From: Antedon mediterranea
Lineage: Eukaryota > Animalia > Echinodermata
Direction: 5' to 3'
Length of the DNA: 64,000 nt
Assembly (NCBI RefSeq): GCF_964355755.1
Contig: NC_092678.1
Coordinates: 12,770,352-12,834,351 of the forward strand
A program made the translations under genes and the position numbers. This document shows, piece by piece, positions 13,082 through 25,877 of this stretch; position 1 is the stretch's first letter; each line of letters starts with the position of its first letter. A model generated the notes under the pieces. That model did not search any database. It was not told where the DNA came from and saw only the letters and a list, made by a program, of their open reading frames with translations.

Positions 13082-13142
13082 AGTAGTAGTAGCCTAGCTA
13101 GGCTAGGCCTTAGACCTACTAGGCCTAGCTAGGGAATCCAGT

Positions 13143-13245
13143 CAAGTCGTCCCATCGCAAAGTCGCCCAATACAAAGTTGCCCCATCGCAAAGTCGCCCC
13201 ATCGCAAAGTCGCCCCATCGCAAAGTCGCCCCAACGCAAAGTTGG
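13143..13245 (+). repeat. 16 bp tandem repeat (aagtcgccccatcgca) x about 6, probably an orphan transposon end
   Basis: Directly visible array following gggaatccagtc. Confidence 0.85.
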
Positions 13246-13537
13246 CCACGGTTTTATTTCGGTATGACTATGAAGCGCCGCCGCTAGTAGTACGCTGTTT
13301 TAATCATATCGGTTGCATTGTTACTTTGGTCGCGCTAAAATGTGGTATCATTATAATGTTTAATTCTATTATAATTTATACATAATTTAATTGTGTTTTA
13401 ATTATTTTACAGGTTTTAATGGAGTACTGTGCTTAATTTAATATGATTTTAAAATTTTGTTATCCAGAGCCACAATTACGAATCTTTCTTCAACCTACAA
13501 GTGGATACTGGTCAGCTCATTTTTTTAAGATAATATA

Positions 13538-16030
13538 TCTATATATAAATTTACGTAAGGGCAAAATTCGGTAAATCGCGCCTTACTTCTAGAATTTTCA
13601 CTCGATGGTATGTAAAGTTGGTTCGTACTTTCGGTACTGATTTTAACCGCCTGATGTAACCCTGTTTACTAATTAAATTGAGTTAAATAATTAGTTATTG
13701 ACGATTAAAACGAATTTAGGTTAAACGATTTGCCCCAAATAGGGGTGTTTTCCGATCGTGGTATACACTGTCTAATGGATGTCCGTCTTGAAAAATACCC
13801 GCCAAAAAAATGCGAGGAGGCTTCGCATTTTTCTATCTCCTCCTACGATAATTGTTTTTAATAGCTGAAAACCGGTTGAACAGCTAGAGTACACCATCAT
13901 AATGTTGAAGACAGGCCGATTTTCTTTAAAAAATACTATTTTGATAGATTTAATATACGATTATACAAATGTATTGATTTGCGATGAATGGAACATCCCA
14001 ATCTCTCAGTCTGCCAGAGTTTGGTTTAACACAAGTACTGTAGGTAAATTTATGAGCCCTTGAACACATACGGTAGGTAAATATATGGGCCCTTTGAGAA
14101 TAAACTTGCAATACTTTGACAATACTGTAAATACCTATTAACTATTTTTCATTTGAATCGAACATTTCTTACTGTGAATGTTCGTACTGTTAGATGTAAT
14201 ATAAAAATATATACAAATAAACTTTATTACTGAGACTGTGGATAGGCTCTACTGTTAGATATACAAATAAACTTTATACTGACAGTTCCTTCTCAACGTT
14301 TGTATTAATTAATAATTACCAAAAATATAAACGTCGTAGTGGTGTATCGTGACATGTACTTTAATATTTCAATTGATTATGACAGTGACAGTTTTAACAA
14401 AGTATTAAATCGCAAATGTTTTAGGCCTACTGTATTTAGAGGTATATTATTTATAGGCCTATAAAACATGAACAAAATATTTCGTTACTCAGTGGATAAA
14501 GAATATATTTATAAATTGTTCCTCTTTGTACCTATCCGCTTTCCCATCCCTCAACCCTAATGTTACATAGCGAGGAGGCTTCGCATTTTCCTATCTCCTC
14601 CTACGATAATTGTTTTTAATAGCTGAAAACCGGTTGAACAGCTAGAGTACACCATCATAATGTTGAAGACAGGCCGATTTTCTTTACAAAATACTATTTT
14701 GATAGATTTAATATACGATTATACAAATGTATTGATTTGCGATGAATGGAACATCCCAATCTCTCAGTCTGCCAGAGTTTGGTTTAACACAAGTACTGTA
14801 GGTAAATTTATGAGCCCTTGGTTTAACACATACGGTAGGTAAATATATGGGCCCTTTGAGAATAAACTTGCAATAGGTTCGGAAAATGTTAAAAACCAAT
14901 TTCTATTATTTGAATCGGTAAACAGTTTCCATTTATTATACATTGATAATGAAACATGAAATATTCCTATTTATGTCCCTCGAGGTTTATTACAATTTAT
15001 ATTTAGTAGTCCCACGGACTTCATCTCAGCCACTCCCCCGAGTGCTAAGGCCAAATTTATGATACCCTACTTTCTATGTAAGTTTAGTTACAGTTAGTTC
15101 TTGACGATAATACAACGAATTTAGGTTACACCCTTCGGCCGCGAAAACGTTTCTGTACAAATATGATACCGATTGGCTTTATTTCATTCAACAGCGACCA
15201 TAATCTCGCCAATTACAGGATAGATAAACTATTTTATTATTGATGTGCTTATAAATTAAGACTCATGTAAACAGCTTGATTACATCATTTTACAGACAAA
15301 CGAAACTTTTAAACCTACTGTTTCAATAACTGAGTATAATACTGTATACGTTTTCATAAGTAAGTGCATATACATTTTCGTGTTTTCATTGACGAGATTG
15401 TAATAGTAACTTCAGTAACTATTACAGTACTTATTTATTATACGACACAAGACAATTGTATCTGACAGGTACGTACATTATTCTAAAAAATAAGTCTAGA
15501 TAGATCCCTTAGGCGTCATAAATCACAGGCCAACAAATCAGTACTCATGACAGAAATTCGACCCAGTTTGGTTCACACAAATGTTTACAGGAATTTCAAC
15601 ACCACAACCGATGATTTGCCCTAAATATTTAGGTAGACTACAGTTTAATTTTTCACTGAATAGGAGCTTGCATTTCCGATTTTCATTTCGCAGAATGTCT
15701 AGGTCTATTTATTTATTTAGTTTGGTTCTTATAATATATAAATACAATCAACTTTATTACTGCGGTTCCATCACCACCACCACGTGTCGCCAAATTCCCG
15801 TACATACAGTTCCATTTCTCCCTAATTTCTTTAATCCACATAAATTAATTGTCCTTTATGGAATCCAGTATTGGTTTTGTTGTCTCTATTTCTGAATACC
15901 CCAATTAGGGGGACACTTCCGTTTTTGTTTAGTGTCCCAAAAAAGTCCCCGTCCGTGGATTCTACTGTATTCGAGAACCATCTGTGAGCACCCCTAGATG
16001 GTACGCGAGCGAAGCGAGCGTGCCATCTAG
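13538..16030 (+). mobile_element. Non-autonomous Helitron, copy 1
   Basis: 5' end A|TCTATATATAAAT. 3' hairpin ctagatggtacgcgagcgaagcgagcgtgccatCTAG|T. Inserted between A and T with no TSD. Confidence 0.8.
13812..14875 (+). repeat. About 300 bp near-identical direct duplication inside the Helitron (13812-14113 and 14570-14875)
   Basis: Both copies start gcgaggaggcttcgcatt and end gagaataaacttgcaata. Confidence 0.9.
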
Positions 16031-17058
16031 TTATTATAAATGTATACATGTGTAGTAGTCCTTCGTATAGATTAGTTAAAGGGGGGTTCCGGGTTTAAAA
16101 TGAATAGTAAAAAATTTAAAATATATTTGTTTGTCTCTTGAACGGTAAAAGTTTAAATTTATATAAGCGCCCAGTGAAGCAGAACGAAGGCTGTGAAATG
16201 AGGCCAGATTAAAAGTGCAGCTACGGCAAAATCACATTGTGGTTACAGAATAGGAAATTTGTGAAATGGTCAATCTTCCGACGACTCGTTATCATTAACC
16301 ATATCAATTACTTTCGTAAAATTATACTTATCTGATGTAATTTTAGTCGGTCTTCCCATTTATAAAGTCAATTTTCTATGAAAATTCATCAAAACAGTGA
16401 AAAATTAGATAGGTTTGCACTTTACGTTTGCCGATTTTCGCACTGACTTAGGGAAAGCCTTCAAAATCAATGAAGCGTAATGTATACATTCCTGCTGAGC
16501 GAGACGACGATACACGTGCTCTTTCTGCCCCATGCCTGGCATCGTCACGTGATAAGCAGATACAGTATACAATACCAAACTGGTCGGGTCGAGTATACCC
16601 CGTCTATAATCACAACATGAACGATGTACAGTATTTGATTGAAGGTCGACTCGACCTACCGGAATGGTATATATAATATAGCTCGAATGAGAGAGTTGGA
16701 ATATTTGTATAAACATAAGTATTGCTAATTTTAACAAGTGTAGCCTATAGTAAAAGGCCTGGTAGTATCAATTCGCATAGGGTCTACTACAGCACTAGCT
16801 AGCTCAATTTTTAACTGGGCCGGATCGGCTAGGAGGTCTACTTGCTTGATGCAGTATCCGCTTTTTTGGAGAGTAAACTAGGCCTAGGCCTATTTTTTTA
16901 GGCCTACTTATTAATTAGACGATCGGGACACCATACGTGCGGACGGCGATCGGACCTTGTTTTGCCTCAATATTTACAGCCGATTTTGTAGAACGCTTTA
17001 AGTTTAGATTGTTTAGGAGTTTGGTTGATAGGATGGGTTTGTACGCCTAGTACGTGAA

Positions 17059-17405
17059 GTATTTGTATTTTGTATTTTTTGTATTTTGTATTAATATTTG
17101 TCCTCAGTGAGGAAATTCGGATTAGGCCCTCCACGGACCCACGGCAGCCAGCAGTGCAGCGCCTACCAGATTAGGCAATGAGAGTAAAGCATCTTGCCTA
17201 AGGATGCAATTAGTATGGTACAGATAACCTCGAACCCATGCCTATCACATGCTAGTCCGATATTACCATTACACCATCACTCTCCAGTATATACAGCACC
17301 CGCCACGATTTCTAAACGGTCTCCCATCCAGAACGCAACCGGGCCCAATGTTGCTTAACTTCGGTGATCTGACGAGAACCGGTGTTTCAACGCAGTATGG
17401 CCGTA
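17059..17405 (-). mobile_element. Composite SINE: 5S rRNA-derived head, tRNA-like segment, SINE body and (atacaa)n tail
   Basis: The minus strand of 17292-17405 resembles 5S rRNA. It continues into tggtgtaatgg...gggttcgag (A/B box-like), tccttaggcaagatgctttactctcattgcc and an atacaaa repeat tail. Confidence 0.75.
17292..17405 (-). pseudogene. 5S rRNA-derived sequence (SINE head, not a canonical 5S gene)
   Basis: tacggccatactgcgttgaaacaccggttctcgtcagatcaccgaagttaagcaac...tggatgggagaccg...gggtgctgta. The 3' half is diverged and there is no oligo-T terminator. Confidence 0.85.
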
Positions 17406-17913
17406 TATAAGTTGATATACGATGTGTACTACTCCGTAATCTGTACTAAATTTTGTATTTCATTAAATGTCAAATAAATATATGCTACACTTTAGGCCCA
17501 GCTTAGAAAATCTACAAAAAATGTATTTCACAATGATCGGGTGGTCGTCGTTTGACAGGGGAGAGAGAACACAACGTACAAGAAGCTTGACGTCGCGAGT
17601 GGAATCCACTGATGACGTGATTTTGTGAATATCTCATGAATATTAATGAGCTTCCCTAAGCTGCTGAAAAACAGACTTTCCATGAATTTACCCTAAAATG
17701 TATATGAAATTTAATTTTTTAAATTTCTCGTTATTACTTCTTCATTCTGACATGAGGGCGCATCATGAGTTAGCAACCGTATAAACAGTGCTCCGTCTTC
17801 ATTAAAAATAAAGTAAGGTTTTGCCAAAAATAGCCATAAGACAACTGTGCTAAATAAGTGAGTATTACAATTTGGTTAATGCTGTCATCGTCTTTTGATC
17901 TAAAACTAAGAAA

Positions 17914-18672
17914 ATGGTCAGAAAAAAGGACCAAACTGAACGTACCCCTCCGGACACCTCAACGACCCAGGCGACACCCACCGAAGAAACCAGCGAAATC
18001 CAGTTATTAAGGCGGAAGATTAAAACGCTAACAACTGAAATGCAAACAAAACTAGACTCCGTACTTAAAAATCAAACCTCAATTATGAATAGAATTGACT
18101 CAATGGAGGCAAAACAATTAGATATGGAGAAATCCATTACTTTTACCTCCGATTCAATCAACGATCTTGAAAAGAAAGTAACAACGTATGATAGCGAAAT
18201 GAAAGATATTTCAACAACACTTGAAACAGAAAAGAAAAAAATTACCAGTATACAAAATGATATTCTGAATCTTGAACGGTATTCAAGGAGTTTTAACCTG
18301 AGATTTGGTGGGATAACTGATGAACCAAACGAAGATGCAACAAAAAAGATTAAGGAATTACTAAATAAAACACTCAACCTAAACGACTTCGTCATTGAAA
18401 CGGCTCATCGCACAGGAAAACCATCAACAATAAGTGGTAAGCCAAGACATATCATTGTTAAATTTATATATCGACCACAGAGATTTGAAGTACTCAGAAG
18501 AGCTAAGTCGATAATGAAAAATTCTGAGATGTTTGTACTAGAAGATATGCCAGTAGCAGATATTATCAAAAAGCGAGGCCTGCGAGAAGTTATGATGAAA
18601 GCGTATGAAGAAGGTAAAAAGACTGTCTTCAGAAATGGCAACCTTTACATTAACGGTAAAATGTATACATAA
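17914..18672 (+). CDS. LINE ORF1-like protein (coiled coil plus RRM-like domain)
   Basis: Intact 252 aa ORF with a heptad-rich N-terminal half, then LERYSRSFNLRFGGI, IETAHRTGK, PRHIIVKF, VLEDMP, GNLYING. Lies upstream of an EN-RT ORF2. Confidence 0.85.
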   Translation: MVRKKDQTERTPPDTSTTQATPTEETSEIQLLRRKIKTLTTEMQTKLDSVLKNQTSIMNRIDSMEAKQLDMEKSITFTSDSINDLEKKVTTYDSEMKDISTTLETEKKKITSIQNDILNLERYSRSFNLRFGGITDEPNEDATKKIKELLNKTLNLNDFVIETAHRTGKPSTISGKPRHIIVKFIYRPQRFEVLRRAKSIMKNSEMFVLEDMPVADIIKKRGLREVMMKAYEEGKKTVFRNGNLYINGKMYT

Positions 18673-19367
18673 CTTCTTTATTTTCGTTCGTTTGTTTTTA
18701 ATTGAATTCAATTTGTGACTATATCCTGCCTGCATTAAACCATATGCAGAAAATGGGTACCACTTATTGTATCCACTAGGAGAATTCAAACTGTACGGAA
18801 TTGAAACATCAACACGATCGCGATTATGTGTTTACATAACCTAAACATTAACAGGTGAAAGAATTGGCACACTGACTTAAATACCATGTTACGTAATCTG
18901 TTGCTGTGTTGCGTGTCACATACTTTGCCAATTGTTTTTGAATCAAGTAGTGAAAAACTCAATTGCTTAACACAACACACGACTCCCTATTGCTTTCATT
19001 CACACACTATTATTAAGTATTATGATTTGGATTAAGAATGGGATAAAATTGGAACGATGTGGGTGGGTGGGGAGGGGTTGGGGGATGGAGGGGTTGGGAG
19101 ATGGTGGGTCTTTGGGGGATGGTGGAGTTGAGGGTGGGTGAAAATAAGATTAGTGCTGTAATTAAGATTTATCACTGTGTTTACACTTTTCGCACTCAAT
19201 TGTTTTACTTAGCGAAATATATGTATACTAATAATATGACGGAGCAACCACATTGTTCGGTTGACCTGATTATAGATAAATTAGTTATCTTAATTATACT
19301 GTTTTTTGTTGTTGTTTTTTTTAAATCTTTTCTCTGACCATTCTTTTTTAAACTTAAAAATTGCATT

Positions 19368-22300
19368 ATGATATTTAACTTAAATGACATTAACCCTAAT
19401 GATGATATCAATATTGAAGAAACTAAATATTACCAGATAAACGATTTTAATCTAAGTTTTAAGAACTCGATACATGCCAATCACTTCTCCATTCTAAGCC
19501 TGAACTGCCGTAGCATGGTCAACAAATTCGATGATATTATTAATTCAATAAATCACTCCTTTTCAATTATTGCCCTAGAAGAAACATGGATTTCTCCAAA
19601 TTCTACAACATCACTGTACAAAATACCAAAATATACATTTATTCATAAAGATAGGATAGGACGAAGAGGAGGAGGAGTTGCTCTCTATCTATCAGAAACC
19701 CTTAGTTACGAGATACGAAATGACCTCGCTTCAATACTGACCGAAGGAGAATCTATATTTATTGATGTTAAAATAGAAAATAAAACAATATCTTGCGGAG
19801 TAATATATACTGTAGGCCCCCTGATACAAATGTACAAACTTTCAACAATCAGTTGTCAATAGTCATGCAGATGATTAACAAAGAAAATAAGCTAGCATAC
19901 ATTACTGGTGATATGAACTTAGACATTAGCCAACACATGAGAGACAAAAACATCGAATTCCACCTTGACAATATCCAGTCCCAGTCCTTCACTTTTCTTA
20001 TTAATAAGCCCACAAGAATAACAGAAAACTCTGCTTCCATAATAGATAATATTCTCTACAATTCCCATCTAACAAATAACATAAACACTGGTATCATATA
20101 TTCGGATATATCCGACCACCTTCCAATATTCTGCATAAACACATCCGAAACTCACCATTATCATAACAACGTATACTGTTATAAACGCGAAAACAAACAG
20201 TACAACATTGATCATTTTAAGCATGAACTTGCAAATCAACAGTGGCAGGATGTCCTAGAATCAAATGACGCAAACAAAGTATATCAACATTTTTCCACAA
20301 CTCTGCAATCATTAGTTAATATATGCTTTCCAATAAAAAAGATAAAACTCAAAGCTAATAAACTTCAATCTCCTTGGATAACGGAATCAATTGCTAAGTC
20401 AATTGTTACTAGAAACAAATTATATAGCAAATACAAACGTATACCGACAAATATAAATAAATCTAAATATACAAACTATAGAAACGTACTTACCAATATT
20501 ATTAGAAAACGAAAAAAGGAATACTATTTTAATAAATTTGAAAAAAATAAAAATAATATGAAAGAAACGTGGAATGCCATTAATCAACTTTTAGGTAGGA
20601 AGAAAAAATCCAAACTGCCATCAAACCTAAAACATGTGACAGAGACATACACTAACCCAGAAACAAAATCCGATGCATTCAATTCTTACTTTATTAATAT
20701 TGGGAAACAATTAGCTGACAAAATTAACCATGATAACAACCCTGCCATTGATCCAACGTCATATTTGACTGTTAACTACCTTAATTCTATGTATTTCAGA
20801 CCCACAACAGAATACGAAATAATGACATACATTAATAAATTAGAAACAGATAAAACACCAGGTCACGATGATATCAGTGCTCACTATATCAAGTACAATT
20901 CCGTCTACCTTACAAAACCTATTTCACACTTAATAAACGTTTCACTCGCCACTGGCCGATTCCCTGATGAACTAAAATGTGCCAAAACTATACCTGTTTT
21001 TAAAAGTGGCGATAGGCAAAACCTTAATAATTATCGACCCATATCAATCTTACCATGTCTTTCTAAAATATATGAAAGAGTTGTCTACGACCAAACCATT
21101 TCATACCTTAATAAATACAACATAATAAATCAATCTCAATATGGATTCCGACAAAAACATTCAACTGCACATGCTCTACTACACACACTAGAAAAAATAA
21201 CATCAGCAATTGATAACAACTCATTCATTATAGGTGTTTTCCTAGATCTGTCAAAAGCTTTCGATACGATCGATCATAGAATTCTAATCAATAAAATGGA
21301 ATGCTATGGCATACGTGGTATTGTGTTAGACTGGTTCAGGAGTTACCTAAACCACAGAACTCAGTATGTTACTATTGAATCACACAAATCAATAAAAAGA
21401 GAAGTAAAAGTTGGTGTTCCACAGGGATCTATCATTGGCCCATTGCTATTTTTGTTATTTATAAATGACATATTTTGTGTAAGCAAAGTTGTCGAACTTA
21501 TCATATTCGCGGATGATACAAACATATTCCGCAAACATAATGACCCCATAGTTGCATGTAATATACTAAACTGCGAATTACAACGACTAACCACTTGGTT
21601 TAGAGCTAACAAACTCTCAATTAATACAAATAAAACTAAATATATAATCTTTAGAGGGCGCCAGAATTTAACCGACTTCACAGACATGCAACTATACGTA
21701 AATAACACCACACTCGAAGAGGTAACCCATATCAAATTCTTAGGAGTTACCTTAGACAAATTTTTGTCCTTCTGTACCCATATTGATGGCATTGCAAACA
21801 AAGTTTCAAAGATAATAGGAATTCTGAATAAATTAAAGTATTTTTTACCATATATGACTCTATTGCAAATTTATAAATCTATAATCCTTATTTAACGTAT
21901 GCAATAGTAGTATGGGGCTCCTTCGGACCAAGTAAATTAAACCGACTTCACATCCTCCAGAAAAAAGCACTACGAATTATATGCAAAGTCCACTATCAAC
22001 ATCCTTCCCAACCGCTATTTATACAAACCAACACATTAAATATATTCGATCTTTATGAAAAACATATGGCAATACTACTCTTCCAATTTTATAATAAACA
22101 GCTCCCAATTACGTTTGACACTTACTTTCAAACCATTGAATCAACACATAATTATGATACCAGGAATAAACAAGAAATATTTCTTACAAAAAACGCTGCT
22201 CGCTTATTGAAAAATATTTTTTATTTCAAATGTTTTTTAATGTGTTCATTTTATTGTCACATAATAGTTATTTTACCTGAAAAAAAAATGTAATTTAAAG

Positions 22301-22933
22301 CAACAAATACTTAAATTGTCTGTCAGACAATGGTTTTTGGGTTTCTTTTCTCTTTTTATATGTTAATAAATATTATATTTTGTTACAGAAGTGAATACTC
22401 AATTTCTGTCACTTTAGTTAATTTTATTACTAAGGTCAAATCTGGGGGTCACTTCATCACACTAGATATTTCAATTGTGAAGTATCCTATTACAAACACA
22501 AACTTTAATGGACTGTTTCGATAATAATTCAATGAATATCTGACAGTGAATATACCAGAAATGCTTAGGGATTTGTAATTTTAGCATGACATGTCCTAAT
22601 AGACTCTTTCCCAGACGTTTTTTGGGTCTACTGTGAATCAATAAATCATAGTGGAGTTTCCATTTTCACAAAACTGTCTGTCCTTAGAACTATAACTGCG
22701 GCTTGCTTTAGCTTCTGATTGAGTAGTCCTAATGGGACGTAGCGGGCTAGAGCAGCAGCGTGAAAAAACTATACCACTGTACTAAAAAGAACCAAAATAG
22801 GACAACAGAGTATATGCTATAGGGGTGCCAAGACATGGAATAGCCTTGAAAACTCAGTAAGAGAAATCAAGAGTATAGGACTATTTAAAAAAACAATTCA
22901 TACTAATCTCCTAAAAAAATATTCTAATACCTA
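19368..22933 (+). pseudogene. CR1/L2-group LINE ORF2 (APE endonuclease plus reverse transcriptase), disrupted
   Basis: Motifs IALEETW, GGGVALY, GDMN, SDHLP (endonuclease); NYRPISIL, FLDLSKAFD, GVPQGS, FADDT (RT). Frameshifts near 19810 and 21890. A 592 bp insertion at 22171-22762, after which the frame resumes KNYTTVLKRTKIGQQSICYRGAKTWNSL to a stop at about 22933. Confidence 0.9.
22171..22762 (-). mobile_element. Helentron-like non-autonomous element, copy 2, inserted in LINE ORF2
   Basis: Cleanly interrupts the LINE frame within an A run (aataaa|caag...cgtg|aaaaa). Reverse-complement homolog of 4077-5371. Confidence 0.75.
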
Positions 22934-23563
22934 AAATCACAACGTATTATGAACAAAATATTTTTCATTATCGATTTCTTTTTTTTTTTTTTTATGAATG
23001 ATCTATTCTGGTCATATTTTTGAAATTTTTATTACATGTACAATAATATATATATATTTTTTTATTCAACTGTCATTTATGATTATTGCTTATTGTCTCT
23101 ATTGTTTACATATATATTTACTAATTGTTATTGTTTTTATTGTAATTTATTTATTTATTTATTTTTTCCAATTTTTAATTCTTACATAGGACATCACATT
23201 TTAAAGCTTTGCTTATAGTGATGCCCGATTCAATCAATCAATATATAACTTTTGCTTAAAACCATGTTCAACTGTAGGCCGTTGCCAATATACAGTAATC
23301 TCCCTAAACAATGCTACTTTTAATACTTACAATATTATATGTTTTCATCTTTACCATTGATTGTAAACCTCTAACTAAACTTTCCAGTATTTTATTATTC
23401 AACTTCTGTTTCCAATAATAGTCAATATAAACAATTAATTTTTATTTTTATCATTACTGTAAATAATCATTGTATATATTTTATAATTTATATTTATATT
23501 GGTCTTGTTTTTTTTGTTTGTAAAAATCTACTGTAATATAATACCTTATTGTGGTTACCATTA

Positions 23564-24892
23564 CTAGAGGGTGAGCTCGCTTCGCTCGCTCCCCCTCTAG
23601 GAAGTGTAGACGATGGTTCTCGGAATGATAATGTTCTCCTTATACATTTTCTGTCGGTTACCATTATTGAAAATGCTTGACATTCGTAAAACTAAACTAC
23701 TTTGTTTCACAGTGTTTTAGATGATTAATAACATTTTAAAGTATAGTTTTTATTGTTTGGTAGGGCCCTTTGGGGAGGCGGAGGTCATTTGAGGGAGGTG
23801 CTTATTCGAGGGATATATGTTAAATTTTTTAGTTCTAATAATATGGTAACATTTATAATCAAATGAAATCCTCTCATAGATATGAAAAGTGGTAAAAAAG
23901 AATAACAAATGCTTGGTAAATTGCAGATAACAGTGCGGTGAATTCTACTACAAATAGTATAATTGTGTTATTATAAATATGTGGATGGACGTTTATTAGA
24001 TAGTTGGGTTGTGGGGTGGGGGGGGGGGGGGGTTATTATTCAAAGTGATGTTTTATTGGAGAGGCGTTTATTCAAATGAATACCATCCTAATAATTATTA
24101 ATACATTATTTAATTTAATCATCTTTTGAAACTAACTGCCGTGACAGAGTGGGCCCAAGAAAGAAGACATTACGGCTTGCAACATGGGCAGACATCTCGG
24201 TCCTAACGGGACACAGGAAGATAGCCTACAGTTATTCCTGCAAGCTTACTCAATAAAACTCAGCTATCGGGATTTCACTCGAAAAATGTCTTATCAAATC
24301 TCCCTATGTAATTTTATAATACTATTCCCCACAATATATTCTGATTCTTTATGGCGTATATTTAATTTGATCTTTATTAATTTGCAGTATAATTCCTATT
24401 ATTTAACTACTGTACCTTCACACACGTGTGGTATGTTTTAAAATAAACAAAAAACTGAAATGGCTATGATTAATGGCCAATTTTTTTTTCATCTTCCAAA
24501 GGGACACTGTATTGATTGATGGAAAGTGCCTGTTTCCAGTCACCTTTAGGGTCAAATCTATTATTTTAACTGCTCCCTTGTGTATAAAAGAGAGAAAATA
24601 TTTGAAACTAAGGTGAACTTATCTTAAACCCGGAAATTACTTTGACCGGGAAGAATTGAAATTGAGAGGAAAATCCAATGTTGAAATCATAAATGTTGTT
24701 AAAAAACTCTTTATAATATCTTCCTAAGATATAAATATGGAACAATAGCGTCGGCGTGCACACTAATGTTATCAAATCTACGTTTCGCGGTACATATCGG
24801 ATAGATAAGGTAGGTATCCAAGGCGGAGATTTGTACCGAAGTTTTTGCATTGTGCTCGCCTATGTCAGAATTAACCATAATTTATATATAGA
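23564..24892 (-). mobile_element. Non-autonomous Helitron, copy 2
   Basis: Minus strand starts A|TCTATATATAAAT and ends ctagagggggagcgagcgaagcgagctcaccctCTAG|T. Shares gagaaccatc and gcaaaa..ttcggta..cgcctt subterminal motifs with copy 1. Confidence 0.8.
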
Positions 24893-25307
24893 TAACAAAT
24901 GTAGGATTGATTGAATAAAGTTCACATATAGTATACATGTCTATATTGTTATAATATTTTTTATTTAATAAATAAACGATATTTAAAAGCAATTTTAAAC
25001 CCAGAATCCCCCTTTAAAACAAACAGCGTTGTAAGACAATGAGTGTTATAGGCTACTTATTATTGATCATTTTTGACAAGTTATGTCTAAAATGAGTTTT
25101 AAATACTAATATAAGATGCAAGTGTCTGTACGGTACGGTAATTAATTACACCAATTTTTGCTAATAACTCGACTGGCGGCCAGCAATAGTGCTGTAGAAG
25201 GTGCGCGTTCCTCTGGCGTATTCATCATCGCGTTGCTTTATTAAAAACACTTGACACTGTATTACACTTAATGTAGAACACACCCTATTACTAATAATAA
25301 AAACCAA

Positions 25308-25730
25308 GATTCGATAGTATGTAAATGAGATATAAAGATTCGGCAATACCGTACGTAAATTATTAATTCAATACTGTATAACGATTCGATAGTATGTAAA
25401 TGAGATATAAAGATTCGGCAATACCGTACGTAAATTATTAATTCAATACTGTATAACGATTCGATAGTATGTAAATGAGATATAAAGATTCGGCAATACC
25501 GTACGTAAATTATTAATTCAATACTGTATAACGATTCGATAGTATGTAAATGAGATATAAAGATTCGGCAATACCGTACGTAAATTATTATTGCAATACA
25601 GTATAAAGATTCGATAGTAGGTAATTGAGATATAAAGATTCGGCAATTCTGTACGTAAATTATTAATTCAATACTGTATAACGATTCGATAGTATGTAAA
25701 TATTAAAAATAGAATCTAAGATTCGATAGC
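25308..25730 (+). repeat. 75 bp minisatellite, about 5.3 copies
   Basis: Units start at 25308, 25383, 25458, 25533, 25608 and 25683 (gattcgatagtatgtaaatgagatataaagattcggc...). Confidence 0.95.
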
Positions 25731-25877
25731 GTGTAAGTTAATATTAAAATACATAGAAAATATACATTGATTTATCGGCCGGCAAACTTATTATACAAAT
25801 TATTATAGAAATAAAGAGCTGTAACTCAACTCGCTGTAGGCCATAAAGTTTATCGCAAATACAGTAGCGTCCGAGAC

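Larger units (their letters stand above)
16080..25013. mobile_element. Kolobok-like TIR element enlarged to 8.9 kb by nested insertions
   Basis: 22 bp TIRs matching at 20/22 (aggggggttccgggtttaaaat / attttaaacccagaatccccct), each flanked by TTAA (16076-16079 and 25014-25017). Confidence 0.65.

Noticed and set aside
16405-16737. Possible Kolobok-encoded protein fragment
   Set aside because: No THAP, DDE or zinc-finger motif recognisable in either overlapping short ORF.
17292-17405. Functional 5S rRNA gene
   Set aside because: Single copy, diverged 3' half, no oligo-T terminator, and fused to a SINE body and tail.
25308-25730. Regularly spaced repeat that could be taken for a CRISPR array
   Set aside because: Whole 75 bp units are repeated with no unique spacers, there are no cas genes, and the context is eukaryotic.
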